Assembly (NCBI RefSeq): GCF_001194135.2
Contig: NC_068991.1
Location: 10,350,135-10,414,134 of the forward strand
Origin: Octopus bimaculoides
Taxonomy: Eukaryota
Length of the DNA stretch: 64,000 nt
Direction of reading: 5' to 3'
This document shows, one piece after another, positions 11,894-26,496 of the stretch. The translations under genes and the position numbers were made by a program. The notes below the pieces were generated by a model. That model saw nothing but the letters and a program-made list of their open reading frames with translations. It was not told where the DNA came from and ran no database searches. Position 1 is the stretch's first letter. Each line of letters starts with the position of its first letter.

Positions 11894-14513
11894 GGAAAGA
11901 GAGAGAGTGGGGAGAGGAAAGCAGTGCTGCAACATACACAAACACCTCAGACTTCACCCTGAAAATTCAGCTTCCTGTTTGCCGCCAGGTAACATTTCAG
12001 CCCTGGCAAGTTGTTGAACCTGTCAAATCTTAAGTAATATTCATATTGAAGCAGTGCCCTTATTTTATCTGCTATGGTATCGCTGTTGCACACACAAATA
12101 CATACCTTAGGCTGTTATAACCCTTTGGTATTTAAACTGTCCAGATCTGGCCTTTTACACCTACCCTACAAAGTCATTCTAAAACATAAAATTCCACATC
12201 GTCGAATTCTTGAAGCTACAAGATAATGCTTGATTAATTGAAAACAATGTGATTAAACAAGCATTACATTTGACAGAATTATCTGAATGCTAAAGGATTA
12301 AAAAAAATGCTGATTCTCTGACTGGATTACCAAAGATTCATTCAGTCACACATTGGTTCGTAGATATGCTAACCATTCTAGCTCTCATTTCTGAAATTAC
12401 AATTGTGTCATTTGTGCCAAACTGTTCTGCGCTCTCTCCATCCCATGCTAAGCCGTTGCGCTGTCACATCCTTCTTTCATCATTTGTACTGCATCACATT
12501 CACTTTACCAAACATAGTTCTTCATCTTTTTCCAGAAATGTGTGCTTTATAGTTCCAAACAGCAACAAAATTCTAAGAATATAGTATATTCTTAAATACT
12601 ATCATAGGCAATGGAAACATAATTGTATAAATTAATGCAATATTTTGGAAATAAAGAAATTGCGTTCTTTTTATCTTTTACTTTTTACTTATTTCAGTCA
12701 TCGGACTGCAGCCATGCTGGAGCAAAACCCTCAACTCTGGGAGTGGTTTTGTTGCAAGTTGACAAGAGTTGCAACAAATGTTGAAGGGACATAACTCTTA
12801 ACTTAATCACCTGCTTGATTCGTTTCATCTGTTTCACAACGACCATAAACTGGATGTGTCAATTCACCTCCAACAATAGAGAGCAGTTGCCATACTTCAT
12901 TCCATAATGGCTACCTCTGAAGAGCACGGGTTACATAACGTGACTGTTACCTAACACTCTGTATAACCCCTACTGTGAAACCGATTGGTAAGATCAGCTG
13001 TAATGGCTATATAATACTGTACACTTCGATTAATATATATACATATATTAAAAAAAAAACATATATATAATTTGATAAGTGCCTTCATCAACAACAACAG
13101 ATGAACATTTTATATATATGTATATCCATCTATACCTATACATGTGTATATTTTTTACTTGTTTCAGTCATTAGACTGTGAACACGCTGGGGCACCGCCT
13201 TGAAGAATTTTTTAGTTGAATGAATCTGACTTCAGTGCTTATCATTTTTAAGCCTGGTACTAATTCTATCAGTCTCTCTGTCTCTCTCTCTCTATATATA
13301 TATATATATTTGTATGTATATATATTTATATATGTACCTATAAAATGTAAGCATATAGGAAAAGAGATATATAAGTACCCACATATCCGCGCGCACACAC
13401 ACACACACAGATTCATTGTACCCTATTTACATAATCATTATGATAACAAAAACCTATAAGCTGCTCAGTGTTTCACACCTTTAATCTACTTGATTTGTAT
13501 TTACCTTCTCGTTAATTATTATTGTTCTAGTAGTGGTGGTCATCATGGTGTAAGCGGTGATGGTGAAAATGATGACGGTGGAGGTGGAACTAATTGTAGA
13601 GGTTCTAGTAGAATGGTGGTAATTATGATGAAGGTATTGATATTAATATTAGTGATGGTGTTAGTTGTGGTGGCTGTGGTAGTGGTGGTGGCGATGGTTG
13701 TGGTGACAATGGTAATAATGGTGATGGTAGTAGTGGTGGTAGTGATGGTAGTGGTTGTGGTAGTAGTGATGATTGTGGTACAAGATAGCAGCTTAAGTGA
13801 ATAGAAAAATAGAATCTTCAACCATGTGACAATAGTAGTAGTAGTAGAAGTAGTAGAGGTTGTGGTGGTGACCCTGAAAGGATAAAAAGAAATGTTAACC
13901 CCAGTGGAATTTGAACTCCAGATGAAATGCCACTAAGCAGTTTGTCTGGCATGCTAACAATTCTACCAGCTCACTGCTTTAATGATAATCCTTTCCAGTA
14001 CAAGGGTGGTGAGCTGGCAGAATCATTAGCACACCAGACGAAATGCTTAGCAGTATTTTGTCCATCTTTACATTCTGAGTTCAAATTCCACCGAAGTCAA
14101 CTTTGCCTTTCATCCTTTTCGGGTTGATTAAATAAGTACCAGTTATGCACTGGGGTTATTGTAATTGACTTAATGTTTGTCCCCTCTGTGTTTAGCTCCC
14201 TGTGGGCAATAAAGAAATAGATAATCCTTTCCAGTATAGGCATCATCATCATTGTTTAACGTCCGCTTTCCATGCTAGCATGGGTTGGACAATTTGACTG
14301 AGGACTGGTGAAACCAGAAGGCTACACCAGGCTCCAATCTGATTTGGCAGAGTTTCTACAGCTGGATGCCCTTCCTAACGCCAACCACTCAGAGTGTAGG
14401 CATAAGGCCTGAAATTTTGTGGGAGGGGGCTTGTTGGTTACATTGACCCCACAGTACTTGATTAGTACTGTGTTTTGTCTATTCCAAAAGGATAAAAGGA
14501 TTTTACCCCTAAC

Positions 14514-14735
14514 AATTGGCCTCTTAGCTCTTTTGATTTAAACCCCCTGGACTACTGTATTCCGGGGCATCGTTGAAAGGGAGACCAACAAGCATACTTG
14601 CAATACCAAGGACTTGTTGATGTCTGCTGTGGGCAACATTATGGCCAGCATAAATAAAGATCACCTGATCAATGTATTTAGCTGTTTCGGAAGCCGTTTT
14701 GAGGCAGTAATAGATGACGGTAGTTTTATTGAATG
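14514..14735 (+). mobile_element. Tc1/mariner transposase C-terminal fragment
   Basis: WPLSSFDLNPLDYCI/GIVERETNKH...FGSRFEAVIDDGSFIE (WPPxSPDLNPLD motif), one frameshift. Confidence 0.82.
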
Positions 14736-15975
14736 GTGCTTTGCTATGTGTATGTAAGAATATGTGTAGCAAATTCCAGAAAATTATTACTCTTTTACTT
14801 GTTTCAGTCATTTGACTGCGGCCATGCTGGAGCACCGCCTTAAGTCGAGCAAATCGACCTCAAGACTTATTCTTTGGAAGCCTAGTCCTTATTCTATCGC
14901 GTCTCTTTTGCCGAACCGCTAAGTTACGGGGACGTAAACACACCAGCATCGGTTGTCAAGCGATTTTGGTGGGACAAACACAGACACACAAACATATATA
15001 CATATATACGATGGGCTTCTTTCAGTTTCCATCTACCAAATACACTCACAAAGCTTTGGTCGGANNNNNNNNNNNNNNNNNNNNNNNNNNNNNNNNNNNN
15101 NNNNNNNNNNNNNNNNNNNNNNNNNNNNNNNNNNNNNNNNNNNNNNNNNNNNNNNNNNNNNNNNNNNNNNNNNNNNNNNNNNNNNNNNNNNNNNNNNNNN
15201 NNNNNNNNNNNNNNNNNNNNNNNNNNNNNNNNNNNNNNNNNNNNNNNNNNNNNNNNNNNNNNNNNNNNNNNNNNNNNNNNNNNNNNNNNNNNNNNNNNNN
15301 NNNNNNNNNNNNNNNNNNNNNNNNNNNNNNNNNNNNNNNNNNNNNNNNNNNNNNNNNNNNNNNNNNNNNNNNNNNNNNNNNNNNNNNNNNNNNNNNNNNN
15401 NNNNNNNNNNNNNNNNNNNNNNNNNNNNNNNNNNNNNNNNNNNNNNNNNNNNNNNNNNNNNNNNNNNNNNNNNNNNNNNNNNNNNNNNNNNNNNNNNNNN
15501 NNNNNNNNNNNNNNNNNNNNNNNNNNNNNNNNNNNNNNNNNNNNNNNNNNNNNNNNNNNNNNNNNNNNNNNNNNNNNNNNNNNNNNNNNNNNNNNNNNNN
15601 NNNNNNNNNNNNNNNNNNNNNNNNNNNNNNNNNNNNNNNNNNNNNNNNNNNNNNNNNNNNNNNNNNNNNNNNNNNNNNNNNNNNNNNNNNNNNNNNNNNN
15701 NNNNNNNNNNNNNNNNNNNNNNNNNNNNNNNNNNNNNNNNNNNNNNNNNNNNNNNNNNNNNNNNNNNNNNNNNNNNNNNNNNNNNNNNNNNNNNNNNNNN
15801 NNNNNNNNNNNNNNNNNNNNNNNNNNNNNNNNNNNNNNNNNNNNNNNNNNNNNNNNNNNCCTTGTTTATCATTTTGTCCATGTTCTTTTGCCACGTCATG
15901 TACCCAGTTATGTATCTATATGTACATGTAGATGAAGGTATGTACATACATGTACATATATATGCATATACTCAT

Positions 15976-16015
<40 letters not shown>

Positions 16016-16425
16016 TGTATATGTATATATCATGTGTGTGTGTGTGTGCATATGTATATAGTGTATATGTGTGTATCTGCACTCACATACATACATATCT
16101 TCTCATCAACAATTGACTTTCACCTGCTATCAAGCCCACCACCACCAAAACAGACAGTAGTCACTACTCCCATCAGGTCTCTCTCTCTCTCTCTCCCTTT
16201 CAATCTATCTCTTATTCAACCATCTTTATCCTCTTAAATGTTGCATTGGCTTTAAACTCTTCAAATTAGCCTTCTAATGTCATAATCCTTCTTTATTCTC
16301 CTCTACACACTTTTCCTTCTCATTTTCTCTCTCTCTCTCTATCCTCCTCACCAATCTCACCCTCTTCTCTCTATTCCTTCTTCACTCTCTCAGACTCACT
16401 CTGTCTTTTCTCTCCTATCTCCCCC

Positions 16426-16463
<38 letters not shown>

Positions 16464-19005
16464 TACACCTTCTCCTCAAGGGCAGTGGTTTACCAAGTTA
16501 ATCCTACTCATTATATGAAGGTCGTTACCTGGGAGAAGAAAAACAAAAATACAAACAAAATACAGAAAAATTTATACCAAAATAAATTATAATTAATATA
16601 AATAAAGCAACAAAATATGCAAAAAAAAAAAAAAAAAAAGTAAATTCGTTAAATTACTCGTAATTATTTCAAGCATAGACACAATGACAGTAATTTGCAA
16701 GAGTGAAATCTGTAGTTTATACCATCAACCCCAGTACGTGACTGGTACTTATTTTATTGAACTAAGGTGGCGAGATGGCAGAATCGTTAGCTTGCCGGGT
16801 GAAATGCTTAGCGGTGTTTCATCTGCCGTTACGTTCTAAGTTCTAATTCCGCCGAGGTGGACTTTACCTTTCATCCTTTCGGGGTCGATAAATTAAGTAC
16901 AAGTTACGCACTGGGGTCTATGTCATCGACTTAATCCCATTGTCTGTCCTTGCTTGTCCCCTCTATGTTTAGCCCCTTGTGGGCAATAAAGAAATAAGAA
17001 ACATTAGCACGCCGGGCGAAATTCTTAATGGTATTTCGTCTGTCTTTATGTTCTGAGTTCAAATTCCACCAAGGTCAACTTTGCCTTTCATCCTTTCAGG
17101 GTCGATAAATTAAGTACCATTTGCATACTGGGGTCGATCTAATCGACTGGCACCCTCCCCCAAAATTTCAGGCTTTGTACCTAGAGAAGAAAAGATTATT
17201 TTATCGAACTTGAGGAGACGGGGCAGAAAGGCAAAGTTGACCTTGGTGGGATTTGAACACAGAACATAAATGACAGGACCAAATACTGCAAGGCATTTTA
17301 TGCAACACCCTTACAATTTTGCTAACCCACTGGTTAGTTCACATTACTCTGTAAGGAGCATAAGGCTGGTTTCTTGGTTTCCCTTGCATATATATTCATT
17401 CCTGGATGGGATGCTGGTCCGTCTTACGGTTACTCATTTTTGCCATCAATGTGAAATGAAGTGTTTTGCTCAAGAACACGTGTTGCCCGGTCCAGGAATT
17501 GAAACCACAATCTTACAATTATGAGTCCAACACCCTGACCACTAAAACATGAAGCTCTACTTGAGCAGACTAGTGCAATGTGAAATAAAGTGGTTTGCTC
17601 AAGAACCCAATGTGTCGCATGGGCCAGGAATTGAAACCGCAATCTTACAATCATAAGTCCAACACTCTGACTACCAAGTCATGTGCCTCCCACTGCCCTT
17701 GTTAAGTCACTACTACCATATTTAATTGTGTATATGTTGCACTACGTTATAATTGATTTCAGCTGGGGCATGACTTAGACACAGTTAACTGGACACCTGA
17801 TACTCTGCAATGTGGAACATACATATAGCTGACTGTAGTTATTGTCTTGTCTCTTGCCTAGCCATCATCATGGCCTGAACTGATCAAGGGAGGCCAAAAT
17901 ATCCTCACCTGAAACCCTTTTATAAACTCTTTTAATACTCCTGTTCTCTCCATGGCAGTACATCGGAAGGTGTAGGCACATACCTGGGCCTATGAAACGA
18001 AATAATGTGGAGCTGAGTCAACCTGTTATTCTTTTCTACTCTAGACCGAAATTTTGGGGGCAGGGGCCAGATGATTAGATGGACACACAGATGTGAGTCT
18101 GTGTGTATTCTTTTATTTGTTTCAATCATGTGACTGTTGCCATGCTGGAGCACCGCTTTTAGTCGAATTGACCCCCAAGACTTATTCTTTGTAAGCCTAG
18201 TACTTATTCTATCAGTCTCTTTTGCCGAACCACTAACTTATGGGGACGTAAACACACCAACATCGTTGTCAAACGCTGGTGGGGGGACAGACACAGACAC
18301 AAACACACATACTCACATAAATATATATATATATATGACAGGCTTCTTTCAGTTTCTGTCTACCAAATCAATTCACAAAGCTTTGGTCGGCCCGGGGCTA
18401 TAGTAGAAAACACNNNNNNNNNNNNNNNNNNNNNNNNNNNNNNNNNNNNNNNNNNNNNNNNNNNNNNNNNNNNNNNNNNNNNNNNNNNNNNNNNNNNNNN
18501 NNNNNNNNNNNNNNNNNNNNNNNNNNNNNNNNNNNNNNNNNNNNNNNNNNNNNNNNNNNNNNNNNNNNNNNNNNNNNNNNNNNNNNNNNNNNNNNNNNNN
18601 NNNNNNNNNNNNNNNNNNNNNNNNNNNNNNNNNNNNNNNNNNNNNNNNNNNNNNNNNNNNNNNNNNNNNNNNNNNNNNNNNNNNNNNNNNNNNNNNNNNN
18701 NNNNNNNNNNNNNNNNNNNNNNNNNNNNNNNNNNNNNNNNNNNNNNNNNNNNNNNNNNNNNNNNNNNNNNNNNNNNNNNNNNNNNNNNNNNNNNNNNNNN
18801 NNNNNNNNNNNNNNNNNNNNNNNNCGTGGTTCCTCCTGATGATGTCTTGAGCTAACTGGATCCTAATCCACCAAGGGAAGGTATGTCAGATGAAAGTAAT
18901 TCAACAACGTGGGTTGATGAACCGTAAGACGTGTGGCCAGAACCTCCTGGAAAATAACCATAGCGAGGGACATTCCACAGTTGAATTAGAACAGTCACAA
19001 ACAGT

Positions 19006-19193
19006 GAAAGAAGACATGCACCCAACACCAGAGCTGAAGACACCTCCGAAAGGGGGGGCCCCGCCATGTCAAAACGGTAGAGGAGTAGGGGCCGAAACCG
19101 GACGTGGTTCCTCCTGATGATGTCTTGAGCTAACTGGATCCTATAAAGGAGCCGTTGTGGTAGCAGACCACGAAACATGGTTGAAATTCCTCC
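19006..19193 (+). repeat. Dispersed ~190-bp repeat, second copy at 5853-6042 (-), possibly Penelope pLTR-derived
   Basis: Two copies of high identity; a 40-bp direct repeat of its internal part at 18824-18863; contains CTGAAGA..GAAAC and CTGATGA..GAAAC in tandem. Confidence 0.55.
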
Positions 19194-20059
19194 ACAAGGC
19201 TTTGGCTGCAATCAAATGACTGAAACAAACAAAAGAATACACACACCCACACACAAATATCTGTGTGTATTTGTTCCCCACCACTGCTTGACAACCAGTG
19301 TTGGTGTATTTATGTCCCCGTAACTCAGCAGTTTGACAAAAAGAGACTGATAGAATAAGTAGCAAACACTTGCCACAAAGTGAAACTGAACCTGGAACCA
19401 TGTGGTTGGCAAGCAAGCTTGTCACCACACAGCCACACCTACAAACACACACACACACACACACATAAATTATGTCTGTATGTGGCTTAAATGCCTCAGA
19501 AACTGGGATAAGTTCCGTCCTAATAAGCCTGTAAGCTCTAGACAAAATTTTTAATACATTAAATATACTAACATGAACTGAGCTGTTTATCTTTTATCAT
19601 ACTTATTTCCTCTCAGCTTAATGTTTCATGTATTAAATCCGCTAACACTAACATACCCATTTACCTGTCTAAGTATTGCATCTCTAAATTTATTTCTAGT
19701 TAGCTTTTTTGTATTAAAATACACTAACAGTGGAATATATTTTATCCTCATTATGCAAAATTTATTCCACTGTTCTGGCCATTTGTATTACTATTTGTAG
19801 ACAGAGCGTATCACTAATTTCCTCCAGATTTTTCAGTTTTATTATCAATTTACTAATCCCCACATACGACAGTTTCACAGAAATATTTCTGACTGAAAAT
19901 ATCATACATGCAGAGAGTTACGATTTTATGCACCCAACAAAGTATTAACATTAAGCTGAAAGTGTTGCTAATGTAAAAAGAAATGGAATAGCAAAACTAT
20001 TTTACCATTTTCTGAAAAAGCAACGTTTTGGACTTATGACACTTTTGCATAATAGCAAC

Positions 20060-20091
<32 letters not shown>

Positions 20092-20743
20092 NNNNNNNNN
20101 NNNNNNNNNNNNNNNNNNNNNNNNNNNNNNNNNNNNNNNNNNNNNNNNNNNNNNNNNNNNNNNNNNNNNNNNNNNNNNNNNNNNNNNNNNNNNNNNNNNN
20201 NNNNNNNNNNNNNNNNNNNNNNNNNNNNNNNNNNNNNNNNNNNNNNNNNNNNNNNNNNNNNNNNNNNNNNNNNNNNNNNNNNNNNNNNNNNNNNNNNNNN
20301 NNNNNNNNNNNNNNNNNNNNNNNNNNNNNNNNNNNNNNNNNNNNNNNNNNNNNNNNNNNNNNNNNNNNNNNNNNNNNNNNNNNNNNNNNNNNNNNNNNNN
20401 NNNNNNNNNNNNNNNNNNNNNNNNNNNNNNNNNNNNNNNNNNNNNNNNNNNNNNNNNNNNNNNNNNNNNNNNNNNNNNNNNNNNNNNNNNNNNNNNNNNN
20501 NNNNNNNNNNNNNNNNNNNNNNNNNNNNNNNNNNNNNNNNNNNNNNNNNNNNNNNNNNNNNNNNNNNNNNNNNNNNNNNNNNNNNNNNNNNNNNNNNNNN
20601 NNNNNNNNNNNNNNNNNNNNNNNNNNNNNNNNNNNNATATATATATATATATATATATATAGATAGATAGATAGATAGATATTTATTTATATCACACAGT
20701 GAGTCTGTCTGTATATAGACTATGCAATGATCTGGCATCAATA

Positions 20744-20908
20744 TCACCGAATCCGGTCTTTCTCATTGTCTGAATCTGAATCAGAACTGTCTGAAGATGT
20801 AGAACCATCAGAGGAGCTGGACTCACCATCACTGCTACTACTCGAGTCACTTGTATCACTTGTTGTGTCAGCAGCCTGAGATGAAATGGCTTGGCTCTGT
20901 TGTTTATC
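20744..20908 (-). CDS. LRPPRC: LRPPRC terminal coding exon, Ser/Asp-rich tail
   Basis: Polypyrimidine tract and cag acceptor, phase 0, open to TGA at 20746-20744. Confidence 0.72.
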   Translation of the reverse strand, partial: DKQQSQAISSQAADTTSDTSDSSSSSDGESSSSDGSTSSDSSDSDSDNEKDRIR

Positions 20909-21686
20909 CTGTGGAACAAAATGAAAAAAATGCATGTTATATATACATATCATCATCGTTTAATGTCCATTGGATGGGTTAACAGGAGCTGACAAGCTGA
21001 AGGGATGTTCAGGCTCCTTGTCTGTTTTGGTATGGTTTTTATGACTGGCTCCGTAACACCAACAACTGTACAGAGTGTACTGGGTGCTCATACACAGCAC
21101 CGGCAGAGGTACTTTTTACATGGCACCAGCACCTATGAGCCCACAAGATTAGGAATGCTCAGTTGGGGAAGGTTGCAGGGGACAAGCCTGTATGCAAGGA
21201 AAACCACACTTTCGCTTAGCTTGACATGTCTTTTCAAGCACAGCAAACTGCCAGCAGTCTCGGTCCCCTGCCGTCCCCTCTGTGAGTCTCAACAACTGTA
21301 GATCCTTTCTCACCACTTTATCCCACACCTTCCTGGGTCCACCCCTTCCACATGTTCCCGCAACAATTAGAGATTGACACATCTTCATGCAACTGTCTTC
21401 AGTCATTCGCATATATAGACATATAAACACACACACACACAAACATCACTGAATCAAGATATATTCTTTTACCTGTTTCAGTCATTTGACTGCGGCCATG
21501 CTGGAGCACCGCCTTTAGTCGAACAAATCGCCCCCAGGACTTATTCTCTGTAAGCCTAGTACTTATTCTATCAGTCTCTTTTGCCGAACCGCTAAGTTAC
21601 GGGGACGTAAACACACCACCATCAGTTGTCAAGCGATGTTGGGGGGATAAACACAGACACACGAACATATACATACACATACATAC

Positions 21687-21717
<31 letters not shown>

Positions 21718-24700
21718 GATATATAGACTTACTTGCAAAAAAGGACGTGTGCGTTCAATAATGTAATAAGACAAAGAATATATATACATGTATACACACA
21801 TATATGTACATACTTACATCTACATGTGTATATATATGCATATCAGGGTACACACGACGGGCTTCTTTCAGTTTCCGTCTACCAAATCCACTCACAAGGC
21901 TTTGGTCGGCCCGAGGCTATAGTAGAAGACACTTGCCCAAGGTGCCACGCAGTGGGACTGAACCTGGAACCATGTGGTTGGTAAGCAAGCTACTTACCAC
22001 ACAATAAACACTTAACCAGACCTGCAGTGATGACATGAATGACCCCAACCAGTTCATACTTACAATGATATCAAATAACAGAAATAGGACCCCTTTACAG
22101 AAGAACAGTAGAAAATTTGAGTATTTCACTTGTACTTACCTTCCATGGAATAGGGATTTGCTTCCTCATCAATAGGGCTTCAAGCTGAGCCAAAGAATTT
22201 TGATTTAGACTCGTTGCAGGAAATCCCTTTTCTTCGCAGGTTTTGATGATAGCCAAACTACCTTCCACATCTCCTTGTGCAACTATAACAAAAAGATAAT
22301 TATATATATATATATACAATAATTTTCCAGAGGATGTAGCAACCGTTACCAATATAGCATAAGAACTTACCTTAGGGGATCATTAACTAGATTCCTTAAG
22401 GGTTGTTCTCACAGTTTATATTTATATTATAAGGTTTTTAACTTTTAAAATTTCATATGAAAATTTAAAAGTTAAAAACCTTATAGTATATATCATCATC
22501 ATCATCATCGTTTAACGTCCACTTTCCATGCTAGCATGGGTTGGACGATTTGACTGAGGACTGGTGAAACCGGATGGCAACACCAGGCTCCAATCTAATT
22601 TGGCAGAGTTTCTACAGCTGGATGCCCTTCCTAACACCAACCACTCAGAGTGTAGTGGGTTCTTTTACGTGTCACCCGCACGAAAACAGCCACGCTCGAA
22701 ATGGTGTCTTTTATGTGCCACCCNNNNNNNNNNNNNNNNNNNNNNNNNNNNNNNNNNNNNNNNNNNNNNNNNNNNNNNNNNNNNNNNNNNNNNNNNNNNN
22801 NNNNNNNNNNNNNNNNNNNNNNNNNNNNNNNNNNNNNNNNNNNNNNNNNNNNNNNNNNNNNNNNNNNNNNNNNNNNNNNNNNNNNNNNNNNNNNNNNNNN
22901 NNNNNNNNNNNNNNNNNNNNNNNNNNNNNNNNNNNNNNNNNNNNNNNNNNNNNNNNNNNNNNNNNNNNNNNNNNNNNNNNNNNNNNNNNNNNNNNNNNNN
23001 NNNNNNNNNNNNNNNNNNNNNNNNNNNNNNNNNNNNNNNNNNNNNNNNNNNNNNNNNNNNNNNNNNNNNNNNNNNNNNNNNNNNNNNNNNNNNNNNNNNN
23101 NNNNNNNNNNNNNNNNNNNNNNNNNNNNNNNNNNNNNNNNNNNNNNNNNNNNNNNNNNNNNNNNNNNNNNNNNNNNNNNNNNNNNNNNNNNNNNNNNNNN
23201 NNNNNNNNNNNNNNNNNNNNNNNNNNNNNNNNNNNNNNNNNNNNNNNNNNNNNNNNNNNNNNNNNNNNNNNNNNNNNNNNNNNNNNNNNNNNNNNNNNNN
23301 NNNNNNNNNNNNNNNNNNNNNNNNNNNNNNNNNNNNNNNNNNNNNNNNNNNNNNNNNNNNNNNNNNNNNNNNNNNNNNNNNNNNNNNNNNNNNNNNNNNN
23401 NNNNNNNNNNNNNNNNNNNNNNNNNNNNNNNNNNNNNNNNNNNNNNNNNNNNNNNNNNNNNNNNNNNNNNNNNNNNNNNNNNNNNNNNNNNNNNNNNNNN
23501 NNNNNNNNNNNNNNNNNNNNNNNNNNNNNNNNNNNNNNNNNNNNNNNNNNNNNNNNNNNNNNNNNNNNNNNNNNNNNNNNNNNNNNNNNNNNNNNNNNNN
23601 NNNNNNNNNNNNNNNNNNNNNNNNNNNNNNNNNNNNNNNNNNNNNNNNNNNNNNNNNNNNNNNNNNNNNNNNNNNNNNGTGTTTATTGAGCGAAAACACC
23701 TAAAGCTCCACGAGGCTCCGGCAGGGGATGGTGGCGAACCCTGCTGTACTCTTTCACCACAACTTTCTCTCACTCTTACTTCCAGGTTTCTGTTGTGCAT
23801 GTAATTCAAAGGGTCAGCCTTGTCACGCTGAATATCTCCGAGAACTACGTTAAGGATACACGTGTCTGTGGAGTGCTCAGCCACTTGCACGTTAATTTCA
23901 CGAGCAGGCTGTTCCGTTGATCGGATCAACTGGAACCCTCGACATCGTAAGCGACGGAGTGCCAACACGGACCTACTTCCAAGGGAGACAACTTAGTGTT
24001 TTAACCCGAATACTTGCAACCATATGAACTGTATCAAAGACACCATGGGAGGCAGTGACAATGGTTGACCCAGGCAGCTTGTTAACAGCTAGGTCGGGCA
24101 TGGGCAACTTTTCCCAAGGAGCAGGCAGCAGGAGACATGCATACCCATAACATAGTTCTCAGGGAAATTCAGCATGACAAAGAGTGTGATAAAGCTGACC
24201 TTTTGAATTACAAGTACGACTTATTGGTGCTAGCTGAGTGGACTGGAGCAACATGAAATAAAGTGTCTTGCCCAAGGACACAATAGGCAGCCAGGAATTG
24301 AACTCACGACCTGATGATCATGAGCTAAATAGACTAACCACACGTTAGAAATGGCAACTAAATCTTCAGCAAATTACAACTTGAAAAAAAAATTACACAT
24401 TGACTAATGTGATCCTGGATGGACCATGACAGGAAAGTTGATATGGCCATTGCTTAAGTGCTTTTGATTGTAGATTTGCTGCCTCAGAACCAACCTACCT
24501 AGGGCTTAACAACAGCTACATCTACATTCAAAGTAATGAAATAACATGGTAGGAAGCTGCTACATGGTCATTCAACTTGATAGTAATAGCAACTAAATCT
24601 CGCCTCAGATCACAGATGGGACATTAAATAATGTAGTCCTATATAGTCCTAAAAAGACAACTGGAGTTGACCTGGGTTTAAACAACAGTAGTAACAGCTG

Positions 24701-26458
24701 GAAAGAGAAGGTATTGAAAGAAATCACTCACTCGTTTTTCTTGAGCTGCTTTCCTGCACAGACCTAAGATACTGGTATTTTGGAGTAAATCAGAATTTCT
24801 CTGAAACAAGAAACAAAGAAAAAATTTGAAGAAAACAAAGACATTACTACTTCTGCCTTAGTGAAATCAATTTGTCTGGACCTAATCATCATTTCACAAA
24901 TCTCTAATTCAACTCTTACAGTAAAAAAAAAAAATAAAAAATAAAAATAAAAAAACCCCATAATCCTTTGTATCTTAATGTAGCAAGAGCTTACCTCTAA
25001 AATAACTGATGCAGAAGAACTATAAGGATTATCCAAGAAATGTGTCTGCCAAATATTCCAAAGAATTAATTTTTTCGTTCTTGGCTCACATCTATAAGCA
25101 AGTTCTTCAACTAGAGAAGAAAAAAAATAAGAAAAGAGAGAGAATTTAGCATGCCAAGTGGTTGAATGTTCTTTTAAAGTGACTTAATCCTTTAGTTTTC
25201 AGATTATTTTGTCAAATGTAATGCTTATTTATTCACATTGTTTTGAATTTATCGGACATTATCTTGTAGCTTTGAAATTTCAATGATGTGATTGACACTG
25301 AAGGGTAGGTGTGAGAGGTCTGATCTAGTCAGTGTGAATATAAAACAGGTAGAATATTTGGGCCTGGAATGACCAGCGTGAAAACTAAAGACTTAAAATT
25401 AAAATTTCATTTTAATTTATGTTCTAAACATCAGCTTAATGAGGATAAAGTGATTTTTACTATATTTTTCATTTCAAAATTAAGAGTGAGTATTTCAGCA
25501 GGAAAATGGTAACAAAAGGGTTAAAGCACAAATAAATGTGAAGAGAAATACACTAAATTTATCATGAATTTCGTTTAATGTCCGCTTTCCATGCTAGCAT
25601 GGGTTGGACGATTTGACTGAGGACTGGTGAACCAGATGGCTACACCAGGCTCCAATCTTATTTGGCAGAGTTTCTACAGCTGGATGCCCTTCCTAACGCC
25701 AACCACTCCGAGAGTGTACTGGGTGCTTTTACGTGCCACCAGCACGAAGGCCAGTCAGGCGGTACTGGCAAGGCCACTAAAATAAATGAACCAAAATTTT
25801 CCAAGCAATCAGCATGTAGACATCTATACAATACATCATCTCTTCTATTCCTTGTCTTGTGCTGCCAGTGTAATTTAAAATGACAGTGGATTCCTCCTAC
25901 TTGCTGTATACCACGTTTCCCATGTAACTAAAGGGGGCTTTTTTTTTATATTTCCTTCTCTTGCAAGTTTCTTGGCCTCACTAGTGCTGGTGGCATGAAG
26001 AGAAAAGCACCCAATATACACTGTAAAGGGGAAGGGCATCCAGCTGCCAAAAATCGTCTTTGGGCTCAACAACTTTGTATATTCACATAAAATACAAAAA
26101 AAGATAGTTAGTAGAAGAAAATGATGAATCAAGCAAGAGGGATAATTAACTCACGTGTCACTAATTTTCCTGGGTCTTTCTCCTTTAGGTGTGCCACGCC
26201 TTTTACAGAAATAAAACTGTTGATCATATCAGGGTTTTTCCCCAGAAACTCCAATAGTTCATTGGAACGGTCACTGTGAAATAATAGTAAAACAGGTCAG
26301 ATGAAAAGTTTACACCACAACACCAAGAGAAAGTACCAACTTTCTCACATTTTTTACTCAAGAAATTTATCATCATCATCATCATCATTATTATTATTAT
26401 ATTATTCTGCTTGTTTTGTCCATGTATTACATCAAGGAATGTAATAACTTGAATGAAG

Positions 26459-26496
<38 letters not shown>

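Noticed and set aside
11036-12033. Long ORFs running through N-runs (also at 14953-16116, 22564-23968, 29190-30338, 37543-38474, 39148-40086, 44267-45071)
   Set aside because: Their length comes from X codons in gaps. Only the KDPNK... tail at 11751-11822 has family support.
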